A DNA stretch of 64,000 bases, taken from the NCBI GenBank assembly GCA_015231885.1, contig JADGAT010000005.1, positions 38,381-102,380 on the forward strand, in the 5' to 3' direction. The notes under the pieces were generated by a model. That model saw only the letters and a list, made by a program, of their open reading frames with translations. It did no database searches and was not told where the DNA came from. Below, piece after piece: positions 39,757 through 50,111 of the stretch. Every line of letters starts with the position of its first letter. Positions within the stretch are counted from its first letter, which is position 1. The position numbers were made by a program, and so were the translations under genes. The stretch is from SAR324 cluster bacterium (GTDB lineage: Bacteria > SAR324 > NAC60-12).

Positions 39757-42363
39757 ATGCAATGGGTCACGAATCAATATTATCCGCTCGTTAAATCACA
39801 AACAGGGGCAATACCTGCCGTTTCATCGCTTTTGCATGCCTATCCGCTCACAGGATCGTGCCTGGAAACTTTAGGAAACAAACTGCTGCAAAGAGTTGAA
39901 TTTGGTTTTTTTACGACAGGAGCTGAAATCATTCGACAGGGAGAATCAGGAAAAGATCTCTTTTTGTTATGCAGTGGTATTGTGGATGTATTGGTTAATG
40001 GCCAAGTGGTGGTGGATATGGAATCCCCTGCACTTTTAGGAGACAAAGCGATTGTTGAGCCAGAATCAAAGCGTTCAGCAACCATTCGTGTGGGCAAGGG
40101 GGAAGATGTGCTCGTCATTAAAATTCCGATGGGATTGTTTATCCGAAATTTCAATGATTCAACAATCCCTGATAAAGAATTCAGCCAGGAACTCAGTATT
40201 TTTTGTAACGTGTTCATGGGCATCCAAGAACGGCTGTTTCACTATATTTATCTTCAGCAAAATCTTTGGGAGGAGGTCAATACGACCCTCGGTTTACTCA
40301 ATGGACAGCTCATTGCCAAAGGGCTTGACAACAAAAAAGACATGAATTGGGATGCTGAAATATGGAATATGGTGAAAGAATATATAGCTAAAAATATCAA
40401 ATTTGTGCTGCCTGACCATATTCCACTCAATGCCAATACGTTTCGGGATATTCTCTGGCAGATTGTAGAAAATAAATTTCCCCGGAATGCATTTAAAGGA
40501 AAAGATGCGGATTACCTGACAAGTAAGCACTTGCTGATGAGAAGCTGGCTCACCCAGATTGGGGAATACGTCGCAAAAGAACTGCCGCCCGACAAATTGC
40601 CGTTCCACATAGGAGATATTGAGCTGTTCAATCCACGTAATTATCACATGAGGATGAGTAAATTGCTTCGCAGCGCAGAAAATAAATTTCCTCCGAAACA
40701 GACCAGTTCAGCCACAGTTGTAGAAAGCAAATCAGCTGCCATTCCTGCGATCAGTAGCTTTTTTGGAAAAGGAGAACGCTCCAACGAGTTTGAAATCACA
40801 CGATATTTTTCTTCTTTCGAACAAATTTTTTCTATCAAACACCCAAATCGTATGATGTCCCAAATTGGACAGCGCACGGCTTTGATTACAGCAGAGTGTG
40901 AAAATCAGTTCAATGCGTCTGTTGCCACAATGCAAAAGTTTCTGGAAAAAGCAAAAAGTAAATCTATTGCTCCTGCACCAAAGCAAGAAGTGGATACCGA
41001 AGCCGTAAACCGCCAAATTCAGAAACACACAAGCGCATTGCTCCGGGGATTCACTGCCTATAACCGGCAGCCTCATATGATTACAGACAAACATCTGGGA
41101 GAAACCATGTACGTCCAGGGGATGGTGCCCACGATTGACGAACTCATTAAGTGCTCTGCCGCACGATCAACTAGAGCAGAATTGGAGCGTGCTTTTCAGT
41201 TTTTGCAAAAAATGTTTGTGACAGGAAATCTGCCTCCCCGCTTCATCAAGCGCAATATGTTCATATGCGAGTCTCAGCAGTCGGATATCATTCCTTACAA
41301 AGAGTTGAAAAAACACTATTGGATGCCTATTTCACGAGATATCCGATTGATGAACCATTCCGATCCAATGGCAACGCTCGAACCAGGAACATTAATAGGT
41401 GGCCCCGGATGGGAACGGGAACAACTCGACTCTGACGAATCAGGGGATGACTTTTATCTCAAAATGCCGGAACGCCGTAAAAATTCTCCGGGAGATCATG
41501 TTTTCTTATTATTTCTTTTTCCCTCTACAGAATTTGGATGGGAGCTTGATAACGAAACTTCCCCTGAACGATTTCTCAAAGAATACCTGCCTCCGATGCA
41601 GTGGTTCCTCAATAAACATGTTGAATACCTCTCAATTCTTCTCAAACATAGAGATCATGATTTTCAGCAATGGTTTGAAATCGTACAAGTGGTCCACTTA
41701 GAGAAAATGATCAAAGAGTTTGAAAACACTCAAACTCTGTTGACTCCCCAACAAGTCCAAGGTGTCGGTAATTTGCTGAAGACATCCATTGGGCTTGAAC
41801 TCGATCCCCAAACCAAGGTATATTCCAGTCAATTGTCTAAAAAAATCTATAACCATATTTTACGAAAAATGGGGGAAGATTTTCCACAAATGGCTGTAGA
41901 AGAACGGAGCAACAAATCGTACACAAAATGGAGATTTGTACTCAGTGAAATCACCAAAAGCATGGATCAGTTTGGATCAGGAAAAAATGATGCAGGTGTT
42001 TATACCCCGAAACCTATTTTTGATATTATTAGCACTGAGCTGCAATATTTAGCTGCAACTTATTTAGGAGAACAGGATAATAAATTCACTAAAATAACTG
42101 AACAACATCCTGATTTCAACTTTACTGGTATGCTGCAATCAGCATCAAATATGGCATCGCAAAAGAAAATAGCAATTTTTCGTCTGGCAACCAAAATATT
42201 TGAAGAACATATCTGTCAGCTAATACAGGAAGCCAAAGAATGCCACATGCGCTTAGAAAAGATCAAGGCACAGCGTCCGCAGTCAGGAGGAGAAGCGGAT
42301 AAATTAGAAATGATTAAAGGAGAAATAGAAAAACTTACACAAATACTCAAGCCTGCCCGTTAA
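39757..42363 (+). CDS. Large cyclic-nucleotide-binding domain protein
   Basis: N-terminal cNMP domain (IIRQGE.G..LFLL.SG.V.V, LGD.A, RSATI). The remainder is unrecognised. Confidence 0.7.
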   Translation: MQWVTNQYYPLVKSQTGAIPAVSSLLHAYPLTGSCLETLGNKLLQRVEFGFFTTGAEIIRQGESGKDLFLLCSGIVDVLVNGQVVVDMESPALLGDKAIVEPESKRSATIRVGKGEDVLVIKIPMGLFIRNFNDSTIPDKEFSQELSIFCNVFMGIQERLFHYIYLQQNLWEEVNTTLGLLNGQLIAKGLDNKKDMNWDAEIWNMVKEYIAKNIKFVLPDHIPLNANTFRDILWQIVENKFPRNAFKGKDADYLTSKHLLMRSWLTQIGEYVAKELPPDKLPFHIGDIELFNPRNYHMRMSKLLRSAENKFPPKQTSSATVVESKSAAIPAISSFFGKGERSNEFEITRYFSSFEQIFSIKHPNRMMSQIGQRTALITAECENQFNASVATMQKFLEKAKSKSIAPAPKQEVDTEAVNRQIQKHTSALLRGFTAYNRQPHMITDKHLGETMYVQGMVPTIDELIKCSAARSTRAELERAFQFLQKMFVTGNLPPRFIKRNMFICESQQSDIIPYKELKKHYWMPISRDIRLMNHSDPMATLEPGTLIGGPGWEREQLDSDESGDDFYLKMPERRKNSPGDHVFLLFLFPSTEFGWELDNETSPERFLKEYLPPMQWFLNKHVEYLSILLKHRDHDFQQWFEIVQVVHLEKMIKEFENTQTLLTPQQVQGVGNLLKTSIGLELDPQTKVYSSQLSKKIYNHILRKMGEDFPQMAVEERSNKSYTKWRFVLSEITKSMDQFGSGKNDAGVYTPKPIFDIISTELQYLAATYLGEQDNKFTKITEQHPDFNFTGMLQSASNMASQKKIAIFRLATKIFEEHICQLIQEAKECHMRLEKIKAQRPQSGGEADKLEMIKGEIEKLTQILKPAR

Positions 42364-42487
42364 ACTTGCTCTTGTTTTTTTACCGCAATTGGTCCGAGAA
42401 ATGTATTCCTTTGAACCAGATTGCCATCAACCTTGTCCTTAATTTTCGAGTAACTTTTCTCAACGATATATAGAAGAAAGTAAAATT

Positions 42488-43525
42488 ATGAAATATAAGC
42501 ATTTCTGGAAAATTGGATGGATCGGTTTGATCGGCAGCTTGATTTTAATCATCTGGGGATGTGGGGACATTGTACCAGAAGATGAAGCCACTTCAGGGTG
42601 TTCCAGCGCACTCAATGACAGGGATTATGACACAGCCATCAGTAAGTGTTCAGGCCGAGCTGATTTGGCAGCCGCCTACATGGGAAAAGCTGGATACGAT
42701 ATCATCAATCTACTGGATGCTTCTGGAAAATCGGTAAAGGCCATTACGGATACCAGTGCTACGAATGTATTGGGTTCTGAAAATGTAGGATTTGCTTTCA
42801 GTATCAACGCTTTGAAACTCAGTGAAAGTGATATTCCTGATGAGACACAACGGCAAACTGCAATGGAGGATTCCAAAGAAGCTCTGGAAGAAGTGATCGA
42901 TTTGTTTGATGGAGCAACGGATCAATCAGGCAGTGAGCTGGTGTTAGAAACATTTGCCACCATGTTTGCCGTGAGCCTGGAAATGGTGCTGTTGCTGGAT
43001 ATAGGAATTGCAACCACCCTCTCCATTTCTGATGGCAGTTTGGCAACAACCTTTATCGCCAACACCGGAAACCATCTGATTACCGATGACAGTTCCATCA
43101 CTTCTTACGTAGATACGACAAGTTTGGCAGATAGCTCCAACACCGTAGGAGTTGTGATGAAAAAATTAGATGGCCGTATCTGGGAAAAAGAACAAAACCT
43201 GGCTCTATTCTACGATTCCTTCAATCTTTCTGCAACAACCAAAGCAGCACTTGGAACCAGTGATGACACGTTGGACATGCACGGCAATTTGTCTGCTGTG
43301 TGCCGGAGTTTCAGCGATACCAAAAATTCAACAGATCCTCCTGGCCGGGGTGTGCTGACACTGATCGGAAAATTGTCATCAGTTGCCACAAAATTTGCAG
43401 CAGCGTTTTCAGATGCCGAATCTGATGCGGCAGGAGAAGTGGATGACTTGACCACTACAGTTGATGCACTGGAGGATACAATTAATACGGCATGTACACT
43501 GAAAGATTCGATAACAGAAATTTAA
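42488..43525 (+). CDS. Hypothetical lipoprotein
   Basis: Signal peptide ending IWGC; acidic, S/T-rich. Confidence 0.65.
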   Translation: MKYKHFWKIGWIGLIGSLILIIWGCGDIVPEDEATSGCSSALNDRDYDTAISKCSGRADLAAAYMGKAGYDIINLLDASGKSVKAITDTSATNVLGSENVGFAFSINALKLSESDIPDETQRQTAMEDSKEALEEVIDLFDGATDQSGSELVLETFATMFAVSLEMVLLLDIGIATTLSISDGSLATTFIANTGNHLITDDSSITSYVDTTSLADSSNTVGVVMKKLDGRIWEKEQNLALFYDSFNLSATTKAALGTSDDTLDMHGNLSAVCRSFSDTKNSTDPPGRGVLTLIGKLSSVATKFAAAFSDAESDAAGEVDDLTTTVDALEDTINTACTLKDSITEI

Positions 43526-43531
43526 ATCGCT

Positions 43532-45532
43532 TTGGACCAACTGATTTTATCAATAAAAAAACACGCTTTCGTGTTTTTCAGCTTAACCTTTCTCTGGATT
43601 TCTGAAGACCTTCCTGATTTTTTACTAACACACGAATGGAATCGTCTGTTTTATTTTTCAACCTTACTCTATAGTTTGAGTATGGTATGGAGCATTATTT
43701 ATACAGGCGAAATGCTTCGGCAGTTCATTCTACGTCGTCATTGGATAAATAACTTCTATCCCGGAATGAATTGGGTCATCTCCCAACTTCTTGGTATTGT
43801 GTTATTTGGCAACGTCGCCATCATTGGGGCAATATTATTTATTGCAAATCCTCTAAGCTATAAATTATTTTTTACAGGCACTGTCCTGTTGGCAACTTTC
43901 TCTGTCACACCAAAACAAATCACTCTTCCTTTTCGCAGGCTTCATCGTTTTTATAAACAACAATCCATCCCTAGCTGGATTTGGTGGTTGCCGGTACTTA
44001 CTTTTAGTTTCCGATACTTGACCACATTTCTTCCAGTGAATGGAACAGAGCAGCTTCATAATACCCTTCCCTTTGCCAAGTATTTGTTTCGAGGCATTGA
44101 TTTCAATCAGTATAATCTGGATACACATTTTTTATTATTAGGCACTTACGAAACATTTGGTGTATTCATTCGGGCCTTTTTAATGAACGATTTTGCCTAC
44201 CACATTGTTGCACAACAGATTACTTTTTCCTTAACCATTGGAGGCATGGTTCTGTTATTAGGAACCGTTCCTTGGATATTGAGAAAAATTCCAGGATTGG
44301 CTGTATGTTTTTTAGCATGGCCCACCATGCTGAATTTCGCACCAAGTGATACCATCGCTTTTAAACCAGATTGGATTGGCGTGATTGCTGCGGGCGTTGC
44401 AACGGCCGCACTTATCCGGCAGTGGCTGAGTCCCCACCCAGCAACACAAAAAAATTGCATGATTGCTGTCGTCATGTTTTCCTCGTTTGCCATCAGCTCC
44501 AAATTGACAGCTTTGCCTTACATCATGTTTCTATTGCCCACTTCTGTCTTACTGTCGATGCAGCAGCAAAAAAAAATTACTTTTTCCCATTTTTTGATGC
44601 CAGCTTTATTTTTCTTGTTATGCCTGCCATTTTTAGGAAAAAATTTTCTTTGGCTTGGCAACCCTGTATTTCCAGGTTTTCAACACATGTTTCCCAAACT
44701 GGAGCGATTGGCAGACACCATGAACTTCAACACCTTTCAAATCAATAAAAATACACAAAAAATTCCAGAACTCATGGACTATCTGCAAGGATATTTACGA
44801 TTTTGGCGCTACCACCCGGAATTTTCAGTACCCCTTGTGATGTTTATCGTTTTATTAAAGAAAACACTGTGGAATAAGCCTGCTCTGACCACATTAGGAT
44901 TCTTTTGTGTCTACATCACGTTCATGTCATTTTTCTTTTACCCGGGAATTTATCAGAGGTATGTGGCCTTTGCCTACATTCTGCTCATCACATTGAGTGT
45001 TTTTGTATTCCTCCAATTTTACCAGCATGAACCAGTCCAATGGATACGCCGAACTCTTATAGGATTTGCCTTGTTGATGGCAACCCATTCCTATGTGGAT
45101 GCAAACCTTCAAAGAGCGTTGCCATTGTGGTGGACAGGCATCTCTCCAAAAGAATACAGAATACAGCACGATTCTGTGGATCATATGTATTTTGAACTCA
45201 ATGAACGGTGTACCGATATCGGTCGGGTATTTAATTACAAGTGGCGTAATTATTTTTATGCAAACTTTGATGTCGTCAATTTGGAAGATTTGATGGGCTG
45301 GGCTTCTATTCACAAACCTGGATTTTACAATAAATACAATGTCAACTTTCTCATCACCCCCAATGCGGGCCCCAAATATAAATACCTGATGAGTTTTTCA
45401 GATCCCTGGTTCATAGAAAATTTTTCTGTAGTTTATCAATTCAAAGACCTGCTATTGTGGCAACGCAATCATTTCAATAACTGCCACACTCCGTTTCAGA
45501 AGGTAGTTTCTGACAGTTTTCCAGTAGAATAA
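43532..45532 (+). CDS. Multi-pass membrane protein, possibly a GT-C/ArnT-like glycosyltransferase
   Basis: Many TM segments; KPD, SSKLT, KN..W.GNPVFP, QRY motifs. Confidence 0.55.
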   Translation: MDQLILSIKKHAFVFFSLTFLWISEDLPDFLLTHEWNRLFYFSTLLYSLSMVWSIIYTGEMLRQFILRRHWINNFYPGMNWVISQLLGIVLFGNVAIIGAILFIANPLSYKLFFTGTVLLATFSVTPKQITLPFRRLHRFYKQQSIPSWIWWLPVLTFSFRYLTTFLPVNGTEQLHNTLPFAKYLFRGIDFNQYNLDTHFLLLGTYETFGVFIRAFLMNDFAYHIVAQQITFSLTIGGMVLLLGTVPWILRKIPGLAVCFLAWPTMLNFAPSDTIAFKPDWIGVIAAGVATAALIRQWLSPHPATQKNCMIAVVMFSSFAISSKLTALPYIMFLLPTSVLLSMQQQKKITFSHFLMPALFFLLCLPFLGKNFLWLGNPVFPGFQHMFPKLERLADTMNFNTFQINKNTQKIPELMDYLQGYLRFWRYHPEFSVPLVMFIVLLKKTLWNKPALTTLGFFCVYITFMSFFFYPGIYQRYVAFAYILLITLSVFVFLQFYQHEPVQWIRRTLIGFALLMATHSYVDANLQRALPLWWTGISPKEYRIQHDSVDHMYFELNERCTDIGRVFNYKWRNYFYANFDVVNLEDLMGWASIHKPGFYNKYNVNFLITPNAGPKYKYLMSFSDPWFIENFSVVYQFKDLLLWQRNHFNNCHTPFQKVVSDSFPVE

Positions 45533-46671
45533 ATTAAAGGAACTACCAGCAATGTCGCACAAAAAGCAATGATTCCGATAATTGATATCCCATGAATGAC
45601 TCCATTTTTTAGGGTCAACAGCGGTGTGGACCATATCCCCCCCAATCCCATGGAAAGGTTCATGACAATCATACTCATGGACATCAAGCGGCCACGCATG
45701 TAAATGGGCACCGTTTCTGTTAACATCAATTGAAACGCAGGCATCCGGAAAGATCCACCAAACATCAAACATGCCATAAAAACCCATGAGAATGCGACCG
45801 GATAAGAAAGATTGGTAAACAGCAGCAAAGTAATCCCCATAATTATCGAACCCAGGCTCACCACACCAGGCTTGGAAATATACTTCAACGCCTGAGGAGA
45901 GAGCTGATTTCCAATAATTCCTCCTACCCCTCCCAGCATATAACAAAAACCCACCTGCGTTGTGCTCATCCCCATGTTTATGGTCAGCCACGGACCAAGG
46001 TTCGGAACCAGTCCAAAGAGTCCTGCCAGCATAAAAAAACTGGTATAAAAAAGCTTTCTAATTTCTTTAAATTTCCACAATTTGAGCAGTTCCACATATT
46101 GGGGAAAAATAAGGCCATGCTCTATTCCTGTCTCAACAGGGCGCATCCTGTAAATCCCAAACCAGCAAAACAGAGCGGCAAAAGCCACTGCATAAAAAGA
46201 AGCCTCCCATGAAAAAAAATCTCCAATCCAGGCACCAAAAGGCACACCCAGAATCGAGGAAATCGCAAAACCCAGCATTACCAGTGTAATGGCCTTGGCT
46301 CGTTTTTCCCCATCAAACAGATCGCCTGTATAGGCTATTGCATTGGGCATGATCGGACCACCAAAAAAGCCCGACAAAATGCGAAATGTGAACATGGTGA
46401 ACACATCAAACGAAAGAGCACATCCAAGGGTGGAAAGAAAAAAACCGCCAGCCAGTACAAGCAATATCTTTTTGCGCCCCCATCGGTCAGAAAAAGGAGC
46501 TGTGATAAAAGCCGAGCATGCTGCTGTCAAGGGATAGACGGCGATGAGATACCCACTGTTTTCCAAAGACAGCCCAATGGACTCCGAGATAGTCGGGCTC
46601 AATGGCACCATCATCAGATGGTCCATAAACACGAGGAAAAGGACCAAAAAAACTGGCAATATTTGAAACAA
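45496..46671 (-). CDS. MFS transporter
   Basis: FSDRWGRK, FRILSGFFGG, R.KA, G.P.G. Start codon uncertain. Confidence 0.88.
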   Translation of the reverse strand: MFQILPVFLVLFLVFMDHLMMVPLSPTISESIGLSLENSGYLIAVYPLTAACSAFITAPFSDRWGRKKILLVLAGGFFLSTLGCALSFDVFTMFTFRILSGFFGGPIMPNAIAYTGDLFDGEKRAKAITLVMLGFAISSILGVPFGAWIGDFFSWEASFYAVAFAALFCWFGIYRMRPVETGIEHGLIFPQYVELLKLWKFKEIRKLFYTSFFMLAGLFGLVPNLGPWLTINMGMSTTQVGFCYMLGGVGGIIGNQLSPQALKYISKPGVVSLGSIIMGITLLLFTNLSYPVAFSWVFMACLMFGGSFRMPAFQLMLTETVPIYMRGRLMSMSMIVMNLSMGLGGIWSTPLLTLKNGVIHGISIIGIIAFCATLLVVPLIYSTGKLSETTF

Positions 46672-46705
46672 TTTACTCCTGTAGCAGGCAAAGAGGGGGA
46701 ATATT

Positions 46706-47056
46706 TTATGAATTTTTTTGTCTGAGATGCTCCAATGCTTCTATTTCTGTCTGAAAAATAGAAAACATCTGATCCATGCTGACTGCTGTCAAAACATTGG
46801 AAACAACGATACTTGGTTGACAAATCGCAAATCCGATTTGTTTTTGGAGGGTCGTTTGATAAAGCAATTTGACCGTTCCTAATCCAGAAGAAGCAATGCT
46901 CGTTACTTGCTCCAAATTCAATATCAAGCCTGCAGGATGCATTTCATCAAATGATGTCGCCATGAATGAAACCAACTCTTCTATCTCTTGATGTGCAAAA
47001 TTACCTTCTACTGATATCATGCAAATATCATCTTGCATTCGATATTGAACTCCCAT
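46706..47056 (-). CDS. STAS domain (anti-sigma-factor antagonist) protein
   Basis: LNLEQVTSIASSGLG. ATG at 47056 with an AGGA RBS; the longer ORF (to 47212) runs through the repeat element. Confidence 0.8.
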   Translation of the reverse strand: MGVQYRMQDDICMISVEGNFAHQEIEELVSFMATSFDEMHPAGLILNLEQVTSIASSGLGTVKLLYQTTLQKQIGFAICQPSIVVSNVLTAVSMDQMFSIFQTEIEALEHLRQKNS

Positions 47057-47074
47057 ATATCCTACATAATTGAT

Positions 47075-47235
47075 TAAGGAATGCTCAAACAATAACTTAG
47101 CAAATCTACTTGTCTTTTCAACGATCTTCTGCGTTGCTTTACCAGTGACATAGCAAGCTATGCGCCCGATAAAACGCCTTGAACCTCGATGAAAATCCTG
47201 CGTAACTTTCACATGTTATTATTTTCATTTTCCTA
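47075..47235 (+). repeat. ~160-bp ERIC/MITE-like element, copy 2
   Basis: TAAGGAATGCTCAAAC...TTCCTA; near-identical to copies 1 and 4. Confidence 0.9.
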
Positions 47236-47348
47236 TAGTTTATTGAAAACGATGCTCAGTTGAAATCATGAACCATCTTAGCTGATATATATTTTCCGTC
47301 AAGCGATTCCACGCTATAATGACGACATCATCATCAAAAGAGTTACCA

Positions 47349-47897
47349 ATGGGTCTCATTTCATCCGTATTCATTGCAACCAGCCTGGATGGTTTCATTG
47401 CCAGAACCGATGGTAGCCTCGATTGGCTGGATAAAGCAAATGCTAACGTTCCCGCAGGAGAAGACTGCGGTTATCATGTTTTCATGGAATCGATCGATGT
47501 TCTGGTGATGGGCCGAAACACATACGAAAAAGTACGTTCTTTCGGAGGGTGGCCTTACGGCAGCAAGCCCGTAGTCGTGCTAAGCAGCAATACCATTAAA
47601 ATTCCCGAGGACCTGTCACAAACAGTTTCATGTTCTTCCGAATCCCCCAAAGCATTATGTGAGTGCTTAACTCAAGAGGGAGCAAAACGGCTGTATGTTG
47701 ATGGCGGAATCACCATTCAACGCTTCCTTGCTGAAAACCTGATCAATGATTTCACCATTACGGTCATTCCTGTCATTCTAGGCAATGGCATCTCTTTATT
47801 TGGAAAATTGGAGGCCGATATTTCGCTCAGGCATATCACAACAAAAGCCTACGATTGGGGTTTTGTTCAATCAACCTATGAGGTTGTGAGAACTTAA
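47349..47897 (+). CDS. Dihydrofolate reductase/RibD C-terminal family protein
   Basis: FIATSLDGFIA..DG.LDWL, MGRNTYE, YVDGG..IQ.FL, P.ILG.GI.LF. Confidence 0.9.
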   Translation: MGLISSVFIATSLDGFIARTDGSLDWLDKANANVPAGEDCGYHVFMESIDVLVMGRNTYEKVRSFGGWPYGSKPVVVLSSNTIKIPEDLSQTVSCSSESPKALCECLTQEGAKRLYVDGGITIQRFLAENLINDFTITVIPVILGNGISLFGKLEADISLRHITTKAYDWGFVQSTYEVVRT

Positions 47898-47920
47898 AAA
47901 GGGAATTGGCCTGGATGAAT

Positions 47921-47959
47921 AGTATGGTACTCAGTGGAGACCCGGCTGAGTACCATACT
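47921..47959. terminator. 14-bp inverted repeat between convergent genes
   Basis: AGTATGGTACTCAG...CTGAGTACCATACT. No clear U-tract. Confidence 0.55.
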
Positions 47960-48073
47960 TGGAGGAAAGTCTGGTTCAAATGATTAGGAGTGAATCAAAT
48001 GATGTTGTCTACTTGTTAGTAACACCTCCGAGAATAAAGTTCATATTTTTTTGAAAAAACCTCTGGGTCTTGG

Positions 48074-49414
48074 TTATCTGCCAAAGAACAAGTCAGGCAG
48101 GTAAGTGATGATCTGCGGAAATAATATCATCATGGCCAAGCCGATCAACTGAATGGCGACAAACGGCAGAATCCCCTTATAGATATCCCCCATGGTGTAC
48201 TCCGGCGGAGCCACCCCTTTGAAATAGAACAGGGCGTAACCGAAGGGTGGTGTTAAAAAGGACGTCTGCAGGTTGACGCAAACCAGCATGGCGAACCAGA
48301 GAGGGTCGAACCCGAGATCGCTGGCGATCGGGGTGAAAATCGGTACTACAACCAGCAGGATGGCCGCCCAGTCGATAAACATTCCCATCATGAACACCAC
48401 CAGCATCATGATCGCCAGGACAACGTATTCGTGGACATCCATGCCGAGCAGATGATCGGCGACCACGTCACCGCCACCAACCGACAAGAAAACCACGGAG
48501 AACAGTTTGCCTCCAACGAACAGCAGCATAATCATCGCTGTGGTGCGCAGGGTCGCCTCGCAGGCCAGACTCAAAACCTCAAAGTTTAATTTTTTGTTGA
48601 ACAGTGCCAGTACCATGGCGCCGATACAGCCGAGAGCGGCTGCTTCGGTCGGAGTGGCGACACCGGCCAAGATGGTTCCCATGACCGTCAAAATTAGACC
48701 GAAAGGAGGGACAAAGTTCTTGGCCGTCATCATCACTTTTTCGGCGGTAGTTGCAGTGCGTTCGTTCTCGGGAATCGGGGGGCCTAGTTTTGGGTTGATG
48801 GTGCAGCGAATTGAGACATAGCCGAGATAAAGGCTGGAGAGTAAAATTCCGGGTAAAATGGCGCCTGCAAACAGGTTGCCGACCGATGTTTCTTTCATTC
48901 CAGTCAGGCCCCCGTAAACCACCAGCATGATACTTGGTGGAATTAGAATGCCGAGGGTGCCGGAAGAGCAGATGATGCCCGACGCCATACCTCGATTATA
49001 ACCGCGTCGCAGCAGCGCCGGACCGGCCATCAGTCCCATAGCGACAACAGAAGCGCCAATGATCCCGGTTGTTGCAGCAAATACTGTCGAAACGACGATG
49101 ACTGCCATTCCAAGGCCGCCGCGCAGTCCGCCGAGTACAATGTAAAGAGCATCGAACAAGCCTTCGGAGACCTTTGATCGATCAAGTATCTGTGCCATAA
49201 AAATAAACAGCGGTATCGCCACCAGGACATAGTTCTGGAAAATGCCCCAGCTGTTGTTGACGAACAGATCGAGAAGCGAGGCGACTTGAAAGCCATTGTC
49301 GATCAGACCGTAAATGGTGGCGACTCCGGCCAGGGTAATTGCCAGGGGATGGCCTAGGGCAATCGAAGCCATCAGTGTAACGAACATCAGTGTTGTAAGG
49401 ATTTCTGCTGACAT
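48074..49414 (-). CDS. dctM: TRAP transporter large permease DctM
   Basis: AIPLFIFM, GTLGILIPPS, GVATPTEAAA, LQTSFLTPPFG. Confidence 0.95.
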   Translation of the reverse strand: MSAEILTTLMFVTLMASIALGHPLAITLAGVATIYGLIDNGFQVASLLDLFVNNSWGIFQNYVLVAIPLFIFMAQILDRSKVSEGLFDALYIVLGGLRGGLGMAVIVVSTVFAATTGIIGASVVAMGLMAGPALLRRGYNRGMASGIICSSGTLGILIPPSIMLVVYGGLTGMKETSVGNLFAGAILPGILLSSLYLGYVSIRCTINPKLGPPIPENERTATTAEKVMMTAKNFVPPFGLILTVMGTILAGVATPTEAAALGCIGAMVLALFNKKLNFEVLSLACEATLRTTAMIMLLFVGGKLFSVVFLSVGGGDVVADHLLGMDVHEYVVLAIMMLVVFMMGMFIDWAAILLVVVPIFTPIASDLGFDPLWFAMLVCVNLQTSFLTPPFGYALFYFKGVAPPEYTMGDIYKGILPFVAIQLIGLAMMILFPQIITYLPDLFFGR

Positions 49415-49465
49415 ACTAACTCCGGGAGTTTCGCGAAATGGTTTCCATTTGGCCAATCAGGACGG

Positions 49466-49539
49466 GTAGAGGCGACGCATCTGCCACCTTACGTTAACGC
49501 ATGCTCCGCTTTGCTGAGAAGTACATGCCTCGCCCCTAC
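49466..49539. repeat. GTAG-type REP-like inverted repeat
   Basis: GTAGAGGCGACGCAT...ATGCCTCGCCCCTAC, between dctQ and dctM. Confidence 0.6.
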
Positions 49540-49546
49540 GGTAAAA

Positions 49547-50041
49547 TTATTTGCCGCCGAGACTTTTGAAGTCTTCGATCAATTTGGCAATCCCCTGCAA
49601 GAACATCAGTAGAAACCCTATCGCCAGAACAGTTTTGAACGGATAGAGCGGTGGTGCCCAGGAAGTTGATGCCAGTTCCCAGTTCTGCCATGATGCCAAT
49701 GCGTAACGGGCACCATAGAAAGACATCAGACCCATGGTCGATACAAAAAACAGTAGATTGACGCCAATGCGTAGAATGGTTCGGGGACGCTCCGAAAGTT
49801 TTGCTTCAAAAACATCAATGGCAACATGACCGTTGTGCTGATGGGTATAGCCGAATCCGAGGGCAAAGTGACAGCCGTACATTAGCGTGGTTGCCTCAAA
49901 GGCCCACACAGTCGGAGCATTGAAGACGTAGCGCATGAAAACCTCGTAAACGACCACAATAATCAGGGGGAGGGCTATGTAGGAAGCCAGACGACCGGTG
50001 GTTCTATTCAGGACGTTGATACCTGATGCCAATGCGAGCAT
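49547..50041 (-). CDS. dctQ: TRAP transporter small permease DctQ
   Basis: YEV.MRYVFNAPT.WAFE, HV.IDV; four TM segments. Confidence 0.92.
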   Translation of the reverse strand: MLALASGINVLNRTTGRLASYIALPLIIVVVYEVFMRYVFNAPTVWAFEATTLMYGCHFALGFGYTHQHNGHVAIDVFEAKLSERPRTILRIGVNLLFFVSTMGLMSFYGARYALASWQNWELASTSWAPPLYPFKTVLAIGFLLMFLQGIAKLIEDFKSLGGK

Positions 50042-50111
50042 AAAAACCTCACGTGAAACAGTGAAAAAGGCGGGCGAGGTAACCCTCGCCTGCATGGTTT
50101 CTATTGTTCAA

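Noticed and set aside
47057-47212. 52-aa N-terminal extension of the STAS ORF
   Set aside because: It is mostly read-through of the repeat element. A better ATG with an RBS lies at 47056.
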